Source: Mobula birostris (lineage: Eukaryota). Taken from it: 64,000 bases of DNA. The notes below the pieces were generated by a model. That model saw only the letters and a list, made by a program, of their open reading frames with translations. It made no database searches and had not been told where the DNA came from. Numbering within the stretch: position 1 is the first letter of the stretch; each line of letters opens with the position of its first letter. The stretch lies in assembly GCF_030028105.1 (NCBI RefSeq), contig NC_092383.1, forward strand, positions 37,470,961-37,534,960. Reading direction: 5' to 3'. The position numbers and the translations under genes are program-made. Positions 36,251-49,849 of this stretch are shown piece by piece.

Positions 36251-39200
36251 GAGAGGCATGTGTGAGAGAAGGTGAAAAAGCTGGAAGTAGATTTTCTTCA
36301 CCCAGTTTGCATTTGCTCAGTTTGAACAGTAGGGATACCAGGCAGGATAGTGGAATGCTCCTCTTGTGGGATGTGGGAAGGCAGGGAAACCTCCAGTGTC
36401 ACTAACAACCACAACTGCAAAAAGTGCATCCGGCTACAGCTTCTAACAAACCATGTTAAGGAGCTGGAGCTGGAACTGGATGGACTCTGGATCATTCAGC
36501 AGGCTGAGGATAGATAGGACATATGGAGAGGTAGTTACACCCAAGGTACAGGACACAGGAAACTGGGTGACAATCAGGAAGGGGAAAGAGGTTAAGGAGC
36601 CAGTACAGAGTACCCCTGTTGCCATCCCCATCAACAAAAGCTTTAGGTACTATTAGGGGGATGACCTAGGAGAGGAAAGTCATAGCAATCAGGTCTCTGG
36701 CACTGTGTCTAACTCTGTGACTCAGAGGGTAAGGGGGTAGAAGAGGTTAGCTGTGGTGATAGGGCTTTCGTTAGTTAGGGGAACGGAAAGGAGGTTCTGT
36801 GGACGAGGATGGTTTGTTGCCTCTTGGGAGTCTGGGTCCGGGACATCTCAGATGAAGTCTTCAGCAGTCTTAACTGTGAGGGAGAACAGTTAAAGGACAT
36901 GGTCAATGTAGGTACCAATGACATAGGAAGAGTGACGAGGTTCTGCACTGGGAGTTAAGCGCTAAGTTAAAGGCAGGACCTCCAGGGTTGTGATTTTAGA
37001 ATTGCTACCTGTACCACATGCTAGTAAGGCCAGAAATAGAAATATCACACAGTTTAACACATAGCTAAGGAACCAAGGAAGGTGGGATCTGTGCAGGGGA
37101 GGTGGTTTGCACCTGAACTGGAGAGGGACTAATATCCTGGCAGAAAGATTTGCCAGTGCTGCACAGTGAGGTTAAACTAGAGTTGCAAGGGGGTGGAAAC
37201 TAGAGAACCAGTACAGAACAGCGGTTGTGGAGACCTCAGACAAAGTCGGGAGCCAAAAGGTTGAGCATGGTGCGACTAATGTTCTGAGCTGCATATATTT
37301 CAATGCGAGAAGGATCATAGGAAAACAGGGCATGGATCAATGCCTGGAATTATGATATTTTCGCATTAATGAGACTTGATTGCAGGAGGGGTGGGACGGC
37401 AACTTAATACTCTGGGGTTCTGTTGTTTTGGATGTGACAGAGTAGAAGAGATTAAAGGGTGTAGGGAGGCGTTATTAGTTAGGGAAAATGTCAAAGCAGT
37501 ACTCAGTCAGGACAGACTGCTGAACTCAACAAGTGAGGCTTTATGGGTGGAACTGAGGAACAAGGAAAGTATGACCACGTTAATGGGGCTATATTATAGA
37601 CCATGCAACAGACCACGGGATTTAGAGGATCACACTTGTAGAGAGATCACAGTCTGTTGTAAGAAACATAAGGTCGTGATGGTAGGTGATTTTAACTTCC
37701 CACATATTGACTGGGGCTCCCATACTGTAAAAGGACTAGATGGGATAGAGTTTGTCAAATGTGTTTAGGAAAGTTTCCTTAATCAGTATGTAAAAGTCCC
37801 AATGCGTGAAAGTGTGATACATATTCTACTATTAGTGAATGCGACAGGGCAAGCGACAGAAGTTTGTGGAGGGGAACACTTTGCACCTAATGATCATAAT
37901 GCCATTAGTTCCAAAGTAGATATAGAAAAAGTAGGCCTGGTATGCAGGTTGAGATTCTAAATTGTAGAAAGGCTAATTTTGATGGTATCAGAAAGGATCT
38001 GGCAAGTGTGGATTGGGACAGGCTGTTTTCTGGCAAAGGTGTACTTGGTAAGTGGGAGGGGGGGGGGTCTTCAAAAGATCTAAGACTATATATGTCAGAC
38101 TAAAAGTACCAAAAAGTACCAAGCCTGTATATGCCTGTCAGAATAAAAGGTTAAGATGACAGGTTTAGGCAACCTTTCAAGGGATATTGAGGCCTTGGTT
38201 AAGTTAAAAAAAAAGGAGGTGCATAGCAGGTTTAGGCAGGTAGGATCAAATGAGGTACTTATGGAGTATAAGAAATGCAAGAAAACAGTTAACAAAGAAA
38301 TCAGGAGGGCTAAAAGAAGGCATGAGGTCACCCTAACAGACAGGGTGAAGAAGGATCCTAAGGGATTCTACAGCTGGCGCCAGCAAGCAACATTACCAAA
38401 AGCGATACGAAGCAAGTGCTTTCACTTCTCTTACATCTTTTACAGATGCGTTTCTGTTGCTGTTAGAGCCTGCTATCTACATGCTGGTGGTGTGTTTGAG
38501 CAATCTGGCACTTCGCTGTCTCCGAGAGGGTTCCGTGAGGCTGCAAGCAAGGAGGTCAGGAAGCCTGGGGATGGGACACGAGCCCACGATCGACTTCATT
38601 TCTTGCCGATCTTACCTATTGAAGTGCTGAGGAAGATTGAAATTGTCGAGATGGGTGTGGAGGGCAAGCAAGTGTTCCAGTCTCTCACTCACTGCTGCCT
38701 GAAAGGAGAACCTTGCATTGAGTGATCTCTCTATCCCTCGATGCTGTCGGAGGACGGTGCTGGAACAAGGTTTAATTGACAAGGTTTGTGGATTGTGGAC
38801 GCTAATTCATGTTTGTGTTCTAGTTTCTGGTTGGTCATTTTTTCATTGCTGCTCTTGGACGATTTTTGAATCAGGGCAGCCTATAAATAACAAACACTGA
38901 GCTGAACTGCAATCTGCCTTTTGATTTTGTGTTTTATATTCTGAGCTTGTTTTTTTTTGCTGCTGCTTACGTGATTTGTGTTTTTTTTGGCACATGGAGA
39001 GGTATTTGATGTCTTCTCTTTGACCAAGCTCCATGGTTCTTGTTTGTTTTGTGGCTGTCTGTGGTGAAGATGCATCTTGGGATTATTTACAGTATGCATA
39101 CTTTGATAATAAATGTACTTTGAAATCCTTGAATCATTTGATATGTTAAGAGCAAAAGGATTGCAAGGGACAAAATTGGTCCTCTGGAAGATCAGACTGG

Positions 39201-40024
39201 TAATCTATGTGTGGAGACAAAAGAGATGGAGGAGAGCTTAAATGGATTTCTTGCATCTGTATTTACTTAGGAGACAGACACAAAATCTATAGAAGTGAGC
39301 CAAAACAGCAGAGAGGGCATGGACCCTATACAGATTACAGGGGAGGAGGTACTTGCTGTCTTGTGGAAAATTTGGGTGAATAAATCCCCAGGGTGTTTCC
39401 TTGGATTCTGGGGGAGGCAAGCGCAGAAAATGCAGGGGCCCTAGCAGAGGTAATTAAATCATCCTTAGCAACAGGTGAGGTACCAGAGCATTAGCAAATA
39501 GCTAGGGTAATGTTGTTCTGCTGTTTAAGAAAGTCTCTAAAAATAAATCAGAAAATTATAGGTGGTGAGAATGACATGAGTAGTGAAAAGTTGTTGGAAG
39601 GGAATCTAAGGGGCTGGATATAGAAGTATTTGGATAGACGTGGACTCATTAGGGATAGTCAGCATGGATTTCTGCATAGTAGGTCATGACTAACCAATCT
39701 TATAGAGTTTCTTTGAGGAAGTTACCAGGGAAGCTGATGAAGGCAAGGCAGTGGATTATACCTACGTGGACTTCAGCAAGATGTTTGACAAGATCCCGCG
39801 TGGGAGGTTGGTCAGGAAGCTTCAGTTGCTTGACATTCAAGGTGTGGTTGTAATTGGATTAGGCATTGGCATGTGAGAGAAGCCAGAGACTAGTATCTGA
39901 CTGGAGGCCTGTGGCTAGTGGAGTGCCACAGGGTTCTGTGATGGATCCATTGTTGTTTTGTCATCTATATCAATGATCTGGATGATAATATGGTTAACTT
40001 TTCCATGACTCTATGACTCCATGA
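36250..40024 (+). mobile_element. Long CR1 element: ORF1 (zinc knuckle plus SGNH esterase) and ORF2 (APE endonuclease plus RT), with a 3' internal deletion
   Basis: VECSSCGMW..CKKC; VGTND and LHLN esterase motifs; CIYFNAR, VMVGDFNFPHIDW; DFSKMFDKIP; YINDLD; (ACTCTATG)n tail at 40005-40024. Confidence 0.9.
38374..39140 (+). mobile_element. Non-autonomous LINE-tail element inserted in CR1 ORF2
   Basis: Interrupts GGATTCTACAG|ATATGTTAAGAGC; starts CTGGCGCC; tail TGATAATAAATGTACTTTGAA..TTGAATCATTTG. Confidence 0.75.
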
Positions 40025-40307
40025 CATACTGTATGTCAGTGATACTAAGCCTGATTCTGATTCAGATACTGATTCTACTAGTCCCATTTCATTCTTCTCA
40101 TAAAAGTATCACCTCCCATTTCTCTGCATTAAACTTTTTCTGCCATTTATCTAGCCAATCCACATGCTATTAGCATCCTTCTGTGATCTGCAGTGTCTCT
40201 ATCCTCCTCTCAATTCACATTACAGTCCAGTTCTGTGTTGTCTGTAAATCTGGAATTTGTGGCTTGTTTTCCTCGGTCTATATGGCTAGCTTCTAATTCT
40301 CAGAACT

Positions 40308-43062
40308 AAGATGGCACCATTAACAGCTCTGATGGGAATTATCAAACATTCCGGTTTAGGATTACTAGGGCTTAAGTCTACACTCATAGCCATGGGTGCT
40401 TCAGTAAGCAACATTGTTTTAAGATGTTTAAAAATATCTATCAATACTCAAAATCAACAAGCCTTGGACGGTAGATGTGTATTGAGTACAGTTCTCCTTT
40501 AAGAAAATGGAAGCGGGGAGGTTGTGTCAGGTGCATTTGAAATGCGAAGGCGTTAGACTTTCACTCCCGACTATTCTGCTGCTGAATGTACAATCTCTGG
40601 AAAATAAAATTGAAGACGTCAGAGCTAGTCTGTAGTACTAGAGGGATATTACAAACTGCTGTGTACTTTGCTTCATGGAAACATGGCTATCCCCCGCCAT
40701 TTTGGATGCAGTGCTGCAGCTTGATGGCTTCACCATTCTGCATAAATAATGGATCTCAGTCTTTTAAAAGTGGAGGGAGTGGATTAGGCTTTATAATTAA
40801 CTCATTGTGGTACACAAAGGCAGCGGTTCTCTCTCTGTCCTGCTCACTGAACCTGGAACATCTAGTGGTCAAATGTTATCTATTTTATCTGCCAAAGTAA
40901 TTTTCTGCCATCAGCATGGTAGCAGTGCATGTTCCACCACAGGCCAACGTTAGACAGGGACTGTATGAGCTGAGCAGGCAGAAAACGGCACACCCTAATG
41001 CTTTTCCTATCATTGCAGAAGATTTCAACCAGGGCAGCTTGAAGACATCTCTGAATATCTATCATCAATGTAAAGAAGCCAACACACTTGTTACACACTT
41101 AACCATTGTTACACCACCATGAAGAATGCTGACCATGCCATCCCAGTCCCACATTTTGGAATGTCCAATCACCTCGCTGTACTTCTACTCCTGGTAGATA
41201 GGTAGAGACTAAAAGGATTTTGTCAATAAACCATGTATAGGTTATTTTATGTGCTTAACAAAAGCCACAGCCCTTTACTTCCATACGTAGAAACCTATAA
41301 CAATCGCAAAACACTAGCACATCACATCAGGCACTGTCTCTTAAAATGAACACTACAACTCGATGACTGTGTTAGTGAATTATGTAGAACAGTTTCTATT
41401 ATGAACAGTATGTGTCACCTGTCTGTCATTACATTACCCTACAGACTAAAGGATGCAGCACCAGTGGTGAGGACCAAGAAGCTATGGGCAAGGGAGGCAG
41501 AGGAGCACTTACAGGACTGCTTTCAATCAATGGATTGGACAATGTTCAGGAATTCATCTTTGAGTCTGAATGAGTATGCTATAGTTGTCATCGATTTCAT
41601 GTGCGGTTGAGTGTGTGCCTTCCAGAACATACCGGACACACCCAAACCAAAAGTCATGGATGAACCAGGAGATTCATCGTCTGCTTAGGGCTAGACCTGT
41701 GGCATTCATGCTCAGTGATCCCGAACTGTAGAAGAAGTCCAGCTACAATCTATGGAGGGCTACTTTAAGGGCAATTAAATCATTCCGATTGAGGTTAGAG
41801 ATGGAATCGGATGCAAGTCAACTCTGGCAGAATTGGCAGGCCACTACTTCCTACAAAGCAAAACCGAACATCATGAATATCTGTGATGCTTCACTTCCTG
41901 ACATGCTCAACACCTTTTATGCACGATTTGAAAGGGAGAATAAAAGTACACCGATGCAAATCCCTGCAGTATCTGGTGACCCAGTGGTCTGTCTTGAAGG
42001 CCAACATCAGTACATCTTTCAGGAGGGTGAACGCTCACAAGCCATCGGGTCCTGATGGCGTACCTGGTAGGGCTCTGAAAACCTGTGGCAACCAACTAGC
42101 AGGAGTGTTCAAGGACATCTTCAGTTTCTCACTGTTGCATTAGGAGGTTCCTACCTCCTTAGCCTACTGCTCTACTCTCCCCACACACATTATTGTGTGG
42201 AGACTCACAGCTCAAGCACTATCTATAAATTTGCTGAGGACACAACTATTGCTGGCAGAATTTCAGAAGGTGATGAGGAGCGAGATATGTCAGCTGGTTG
42301 AGTGCTATTGCAGCAACAACCTTGCACTCAGTGTCAGAAAGAATAAGGAATTGATTGTGGACATCAGGAAGGGGAAGTTGAGGGAACACACACCAGTCCT
42401 CATTGAGGGGTCAGAATTGGAAAGAGCAAGCAGTTTCAAGTGTCTGAGAGTCAACATCTCTGAGGATCTATCCTGGACTCAATATATTGATGTAATGACA
42501 GAGAAGGTATGACAGTGGCTATATTCTATTAGGAATTTGAGGAGAATTGCTATGTTACCAAAGACACTCACAATTTTTTATAAACGTAGCATGGAGAATA
42601 CTCTGACTGATTGCATCACTGTCTGGCATGGAGAGGCCACTGCAGAGGATCAGGAAAAGCTGCAGAGAGTGTTAGTTCAGTCAGATCCATCATGGGCACT
42701 GCCATCCTCAGTATCCAGGACACAGTTCAAAAGGTGATGCCTTAAAAAAGAGGCATCCTTCATTCAGGACCCCTATCACACAGGGTATGCCCTCTTCCTA
42801 TTGCTACCATCAAGGAAGAGGTAGAGGACCCTGAAGACATAGTGAACATTTCGGGAATAGCTGCTTCCCCTCTACCACTGGATTCCTGAATGGGCAAGGA
42901 ACCCATGAACACTACCTCAGAATTGTTCCCTTCCCTTTTTGCACCACCTATTTAATTCAATTTTTATTTATATATATACTTATTATAGTTTTTATAATGT
43001 ATTGCAATGAACTGCTGCCACAGAACATCAAATTTCACAGCATTAAACCTGATTCTGATTCT
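40308..43062 (+). mobile_element. Long Rex1/Babar-like LINE (APE endonuclease plus partial RT), decayed
   Basis: 5' AAGATGGCACC; AANVQSLENK-like, VHVPP, IIAEDFN, KPSGPDGVPGR, KELIVD; CCTGATTCTGATTCTGA tail. Confidence 0.85.
41221..41443 (-). repeat. Short solo-LTR-like insertion inside the Rex/Babar element
   Basis: TGT...ACA termini; flanked by duplicated AGACTAAA(A)GGAT. Confidence 0.5.
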
Positions 43063-44029
43063 GACATTACTCACATGGAACAAGAAAGCAATGGAGAAAT
43101 GGCTCTACTTTGATCCCTGGGGAACACTATTCATCTCTCTGCTGTCAGAAAAACAAACGTTCGTCATTACCTTTTCTTTCTGCTACTTTAATGGATTTCA
43201 TATCCATACTATCAACACCTCGTTGATGTCATGTGCTTCACTGTTGATGATCAGTTTATAACGTTGCACACTTCTGTGATCAGCCTGTTTCTCAGAATAC
43301 TTGTCATACGTAGTCTTCTTTTGCCTTACAACACTTCCGCTTTTACATGTGTATATTCACTTTAATATCGACTTTTCTATTGACATACAGGCACCACACG
43401 CCTTCTGGAAATAAATGCATACCATATCAACGACATTACCTGCATCAACCCATGACCTCATTAAAGAATTCAATCAGCTGGATTAAATATGATTTTTCCT
43501 TAACAAATCTATGCTGCCTTGCTTACCTACTGGTGACCATCAATCCTATCCTGAATAGGTTTTTTCACCACAAAGGCTCCCTGGGCCACTTTTGGTATCA
43601 GCCTGGTTCTCACTGGTATTTATAACCCCAGAACTTGGCATCAGCAGCTTTTCTTTGCCTTACATCTTTTTTCTTTTATACCTGCATAATCTCTTCAATA
43701 TTTACTTTTCTTTGTCATGCCGAGAGCTCTATTCATTCTTCCTCATGAGCAAGGAAGTTCCTCAACAGTACCTGAACCATGTCCTTCTGAAAGGCAGCCC
43801 ACTATTCTGGTACAGTTCTGACTGTCAACTTGGGTACAATTTATCCACTCTCCTCCTATTGACTCTGGCCTTCTGCCAAATAATTACTTTTACTTTGGAT
43901 TGTCTCTTCAGTTCTACAGCTAATTTAGCTTACAATGTTATGATCACTGTCTCAAAAAGGTTCCGCATCTGTTATGATGGAACTGTGTAGGAAACACTAA
44001 GAGACAATCAAAATTTTCATTTAATATGG

Positions 44030-45885
44030 CACAGATTAATCAGAGACAATCATGATGGATTTGCTAAATGAAGGTTATGTCAATTGATTGAATTGCTTGA
44101 GGAGGTAGAAAGGATGGACGAGGATCATATGCTTGACATCATCTGTCCTTGATACATTTTAGCAATGTTTTTTATAAGTTTCTGCTTGATTGCCTGGCCA
44201 AACAAATGGAAGTCCATAGAATGGAAGGAGGGAGGAGGGTAAAAAATAAGATTCAGAAGTGACTAAGTTGCAGGAAGCAAAGGGCATAGCTTATGGACTG
44301 AATAGCTGACAGTTTTGTGACTGGAGGACTATTACTAACGGTTTTCCACAGGGAAAACTACTCTATCCCTTGCTTTTTGTAAAATATTTTTAATGACTTA
44401 GACCTAAATGTGCAGGACATGCTAAAGAAGTTTGCAGCTGATTGAAAAATTTGCCATGTGGTTCTTAATGAAGAAAGAGTTAGACTGCAGGAGGGTGCAA
44501 ATGGCCTGATCAATTGCACAGAAAAATAATGCAGAATTTAATCTCGACACGTAGGAGATAATGTATCGGGGAAGTGCAACATGGCAAGAGAAATAATAGG
44601 CACAAAAAATTCTGCAGATGCTGGAAATATTGAACAATACACACGAAATTCTGGTGGAACTCAGCCCGTCAGACAGCATCTATGGAGGGAAATAGACAGT
44701 CAAATGTTTTGGGCCAAGACCCTTCTTCAGGACTGGGAATAATAAATGGGAGGATATTGTTGAGCTGGTAAAATGGGATGAGAAATGACAGGTTGAGTCT
44801 GAACCTGATAATTGACAGATGATGCATTTTCAGAGGATGAATAAGAATAGGACATAGACGAATGAATGGTAGAATCCAAGGGAGTATTGAGGTTTTGAGG
44901 AAAGGAGGGACATCAGTGTATAAATCCAGGGATCCCTGAAGATGGCAGCACAAGTAGATACATACAATGGCAAAGAATGACTATGGGATTCTTGACTTAC
45001 TCAGTGCATTGTATATAAGTACAGAGAGGTTAGAATCATCGATTTGTACAGCACATTTGAAGCCTTTTGCACCATCATCTCCATGCTGACCTGTTTGTCC
45101 ATTCACATTCATCTATAACCCTTCTGTGCCTTGCACACAAAACTCCATGTATAATCTAACCAGTGATTTGTAAAGTTGCAAAATAATGTCCCAACTTTTG
45201 TATCCAATGTCTCAACCAAGGAAGATAAACACGCCATGTACCCTTTTCATCTTGCTGTCTATCATTGGTGCTGCTCTCACAATGGACTTTACCCCCAAAG
45301 ACCCTCAGTTTTATAACATTCTGTAGTGTCCGAACATTAAGCAGATCAAGTTATTGTGCAAGCTTATGAAATATTTGCTAAGCCCCAGCAGGAAAACTCT
45401 GTACAGTTCTTGTTGCCACGCTATAGGAAAGAAGTAATTGCATTGCAAAGGGTGCATAAGATATTTGCTAAAATGTTGCCCGAGATGGAGCATTTTATTT
45501 AAGTCAAGAGACTGGGAACATTAGGTTTGTTTTCCTTAAGGTAGAGAAGCCTGCAGGGGGACATGACAGAGGTTTACAAAATTATGTGCGGCCTGGAAAG
45601 AATAGAGATTATGGAACTTTTTCCAAAACAGACATATGTAAAACTAGAATTCATAGATTTTGAGTCAGTTGTAAAAGGTTTAGAGTGATGTGAAGAAGTA
45701 CTTTTTCATCCAGAACATGGTTGGAATCTGGAAGGTACTACCTGGGTGGATGATGGTGGAAGGTAAGGATTATCTAAATGAGCATATTAGTTGCTAAGCC
45801 ATATGAAGGCTACAGACAAATGCTGGTAAATGGGATTACTATAACTAGGTACACGATGGTCTCCATGGATCTGAAGGGCCCGTTT
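44030..45885 (+). mobile_element. Old CR1 RT and 3' fragments interrupted by a Penelope repeat (44602-44737) and an antisense CR1 tail (about 45030-45300)
   Basis: CATGATGGATTTGCTAAA (QHGF-like), TTTAATGACTTAGAC, AAGTTTGCAGCTGA. Confidence 0.6.
44602..44737 (-). mobile_element. Penelope-derived short repeat with a hammerhead remnant
   Basis: Minus strand CAGTC-CTGAAGA-AGGGTC-TTG-GCCC-AAAA-CATTT-GACTG (44697-44735). Confidence 0.8.
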
Positions 45886-45887
45886 CT

Positions 45888-46268
45888 GGTCTTCAAGGAC
45901 ATCTTCAATGAGCAGTGCCTTAGGAAGGTGGCATCCATCATTAAGGATCCCCACCACCCTGGACATGCTCTCTTCTCATTGTTACCATCAGGAAGGAGGT
46001 ACAAAGGTCTGAAGGCATAGCTTCTTCCCCTCTGCCCCCAGATTTCTGAATGGACATTGAACCCATGAACACTACCACACTACTTTGTTATTTCTGGTTT
46101 CTCTTGCACTGCTTATTTTAACTTAACGATTTAATAGACACATATACACTTAAATTAAATCAGTTTTTTCCTCTGTACTTATTTATCATGTATTGCCTTC
46201 TACTGCTGCTGTAAACTTAACAAAGTTCATGAAATATGCTGGTGATAGTAAAGTTGATTCTGATTCTG
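45888..46268 (+). mobile_element. Rex/Babar-like LINE 3' end
   Basis: KVASIIKDPHHPGHALFSLLPSGRRY; GATTCTGATTCTG tail. Confidence 0.85.
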
Positions 46269-47904
46269 GTGGGATGGATGAATCTGTGAGATTCAATTGA
46301 GTCTTAGTCCACCCATGTCTGAATTATACATTTTTCATCACTGTGTCCGGAGACGTCCTGGGCCTTACCACTCTTTTTCATTGCCTGTAACCACAAAGCC
46401 CGTGGATAATGCCACTTTCCTCCACTTCTAACAACCCCTGCAAGCCAGAGTTGACTTATCATTGGTGCATCATTGCTCAAAGATCTGAAATTTCATACAG
46501 CCAAACTTCTTTCCTCCACTCTTCTGCTGCTTCCTATATGATATTGTGAAAACTCCTGTCACTTTTGGTCACTTTCCCTAATGTCACCTTTGTAATGTCA
46601 TCACCGTCAATCTTTCTCTGATTATGATGATGCAAAATGTCATGGGAGTTAAAATGATGCTAAAGTGAGACATAAATGCAAGATGCTTCACATTCCTTTT
46701 ATTACATTTCTTTGAATGATGAAGCTGAGTTTACCCTAAGAGTTCAGGTAACTGTGCAGGAACAGGATATTGAAGCAAGACTGAGAGGAAATACTTGTGC
46801 AAGGGAATCCATTATACTCATTTATAAATGTAATTCATCCACATTGTTCTTGTATTTCATTGGTTAACCCTACTTAGAGGCTCCAGAGCAAAGCTAGAAC
46901 GGATTGATTTATTTCTGTATTATGCCTTTACTAAAATGGAAACAGTGTGCTTTCAATTGATTAGTCCTTAAATCTTCTGCTGCCCCTGGGAAATTTTGTA
47001 GCCCTGCACTGACGGATATGGGAAAAAAACATTGCTCTACTGCTTTGGTGAAGTTGGGTTAAAGCTTGCTGTAATAAACCAGTTAATTCCACTCCCACAA
47101 TATCTATTAAAAAAACGATGAGCAATTAACAGCCACAGAATAAGCTCCAAATATACTTTGAGCACCATCACAGTGATGACATTGCTGAATTAAGTGACTG
47201 AATTCATTAGATCATTGCTCATATTTGTAAATCTTACAATGAAGAATCTTCACCGACATTATACTGCGCATTTTAAAATCATATTAAACCAAATAGTTAT
47301 AATTAAATGATAAATCAAATGTTATTCACATTGTTGAACTTCTGCAACTATTACAGCAATCTTAATATTGGTTCCTATTTTATCCAGAACAGAAATTAAA
47401 TCAGTAAGTTGTTTTACATTGCACCAAGGTAGAGTGGAAAAAAGCTCATTTTGCATACTAGCAATACAGACCATTTATCATATCTGTTTATTGAGTTAGC
47501 ATAACAGAAAAGCAATAACAGAATGCAGAATACGGAGTTACAGTTACAGAGAAAGTGCTTCACAGGCAGACGATAAGGTGCAAGGCCACGAAGAGGTAGA
47601 CGCTGTCACTCACGTTATGATGTGGTTCTGCTTTCTGGTCATTCCTCCTTTTTTTGCTATTATGTGTGTTTTTGAATCGGGGCGGCTGTAGATAATGAAC
47701 ACTGAGCTGAACTGAAGTTGCCTGGACTCTTTTGATTTTATGTTTTGCATTCTGTGTTTTTCACTCATTATTTTTTTGTTGTCATTTGCACAATTTTTTT
47801 TTGTATGTGGGGTGGGTTGATGTTTCTCTTTGAACGGGTTCCATTGTCTTCATTGTTTCGTGGTTGGCTGTGGGGAAGATGAATCTCAGGGTTGTTTACT
47901 GCAT

Positions 47905-48331
47905 TGTCACCAGGTTTGGATATGGCCCAAGTGCGGAGCGAGGGACACTGAAGCAGGTCGATTGTTCACAGACTTCAATGTGAATTGAGTTAGAGGGAAC
48001 TGAAAACAATAAATGCTAGGCCAAACAGGGCTGTTAACCAAAACTCTCAAATGGAAAACGAAGCCTACACTGCGGCTGAAAGGAATAACTAAATATAAAA
48101 CGAATACTGCTAGTCTTTAGAGTCAGTTGACTCGACAGTCCAATTGCTCAAGCAAGGCCGGATGCAAACAGACAACGAAGCGTTGCTGTGCTGTGTTCAA
48201 GTCTCGACAAACACTACAATGGAATGAATGGAGTTAAATACTATCACAATGAAATAATAATTACCTGAAATGTGCACATTCACAAGTGCAATTGCCATAT
48301 CTGCTATGCTGCCAGATCCGTGGTTGTGACA
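47905..48331 (-). repeat. Solo LTR nested in a LINE-tail element (about 47605-48372), itself inside an antisense LINE tail (about 47420-48490)
   Basis: TGTCAC...GTGACA termini; the host tail GGGTTGTTTACTGCAT...ATTTTGATAATAAAC rejoins across it. Confidence 0.7.
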
Positions 48332-48944
48332 CCTCATATTTATTTTGATAATAAACGTCCTTTGAAGTTTTAGAGTGTGAAGTCATGAGACCACTTTGTT
48401 GTGCAACAGGTCCTTTCAATAGTCTTATAATAGTGGGATAGAAGCTGTGCTTGAACTGGTAGTAATGTCTCTAGGCTTCTGTATGTTAATGGAAAAGATA
48501 TTATTTAATGCCACTGCTAATTACCTTGGAGGATTAGTGGTGAGCTGTCAGAACTGGTACCACCTGAGTCCTTCTCCACAATTATCTGCAATGTGAGTCA
48601 GCAGCCTTCCGCTTGTTATGTTGCCTCTGGGATGTTAGGTCAAGCCAAGTCACACAATGACAGATAGATGTGTGATTAGTTCATGCTTCTATGTTTAATG
48701 TCTTCATCAGGGCTGTAAGTATTTCTTAGAATGACAATTTAATTTAGAATATGATTTATTAAGTGTGGTTAAATTGATGCTAGAATTATGATCACTTGAG
48801 GAAGGAAAGGAGAGCTGTGGTAGTGAGAATTTGCTTCCACCTTGGATGTGTGGTTTACTGGTAATTCAACATCTAATGAATCATCTCCTTTAACCACAAT
48901 TCTTTAACCGTGCTACGAAGAATCCCCCAATGCTCACTACTGCT

Positions 48945-49265
48945 CAGAAGCAGGCATTTTGGCCCGACTGGTCTGGGTCGAACTGGTATTCCGCCTAGTC
49001 CCATTGACCTGCACCTGGTTCTCCACACCCCTCCCATCATATACTTAGCCAAATTTCTTTTAAATGCAGAAATGGAACCTGTATCCATCACTTCCTCTGG
49101 CAGCTTGTTCCACACTCTCTCCATCCTCTGAGTGAAAATGTTCCCTCTTAAATACTTCCCTTTTCACTCTCAACCTATGACCTCTAGTTCTAGTTTTACC
49201 CAACTTCAGTGGAAAAAGGCTACTCATATTTATCCTATCTATATTTTATAATTTGGTGTACCTCT
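48945..49265 (-). mobile_element. CR1 3' fragment
   Basis: VWNKLPEEVMDTGSISAFKRNLAKYM (ORF 48873-49124). Confidence 0.8.
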
Positions 49266-49849
49266 TGTCATAGCTGCTCCTTCCGCCGCACAAATAATGT
49301 ACTTGCTCCTGGTAAGTTTCTGGTCACTGGTAACCCAGGATACTAATGGAGTAGTATTTGGTGACAGCAATTCCACGCCACAAATTGAACCATATCGGTT
49401 ACCAATAAAGCAGCAGGTCCTACGGGTCTGATTAAACAGTGCAGCGGGTGTGGGTCGTTGGGGAAGAGGTGAGGTAGTAGCAGAACTTATCTTTCTGCAG
49501 TCAAAACTAAGCTAACCACAAGCAGGAGATGACCACTGGGCTCATATAATGTCATCATTACACAACTGCCTCCACTAGGTGCCACAAGCCATTCAACCGA
49601 CCCATTTGTGACTTGCAAATCAAATTGGAAGCAAAGAATAAGAAGCAAATCTGCCTGAATCCATGGCCTTTGCTTCTTAGAGGTGAAAGAGATGGAGCTG
49701 ACTTGAAAGGTAAGGTTTAGTAAATGAGTCTGAAAGTTGGATGCATGAGTTTGAACAATTATGCGAACATAAACTTTAGATATAGTTTGGTAGGATATAA
49801 AAGTGTCTATCCTACTACAGAGTTTAGGAATTATAAGCAATGATCTGGG

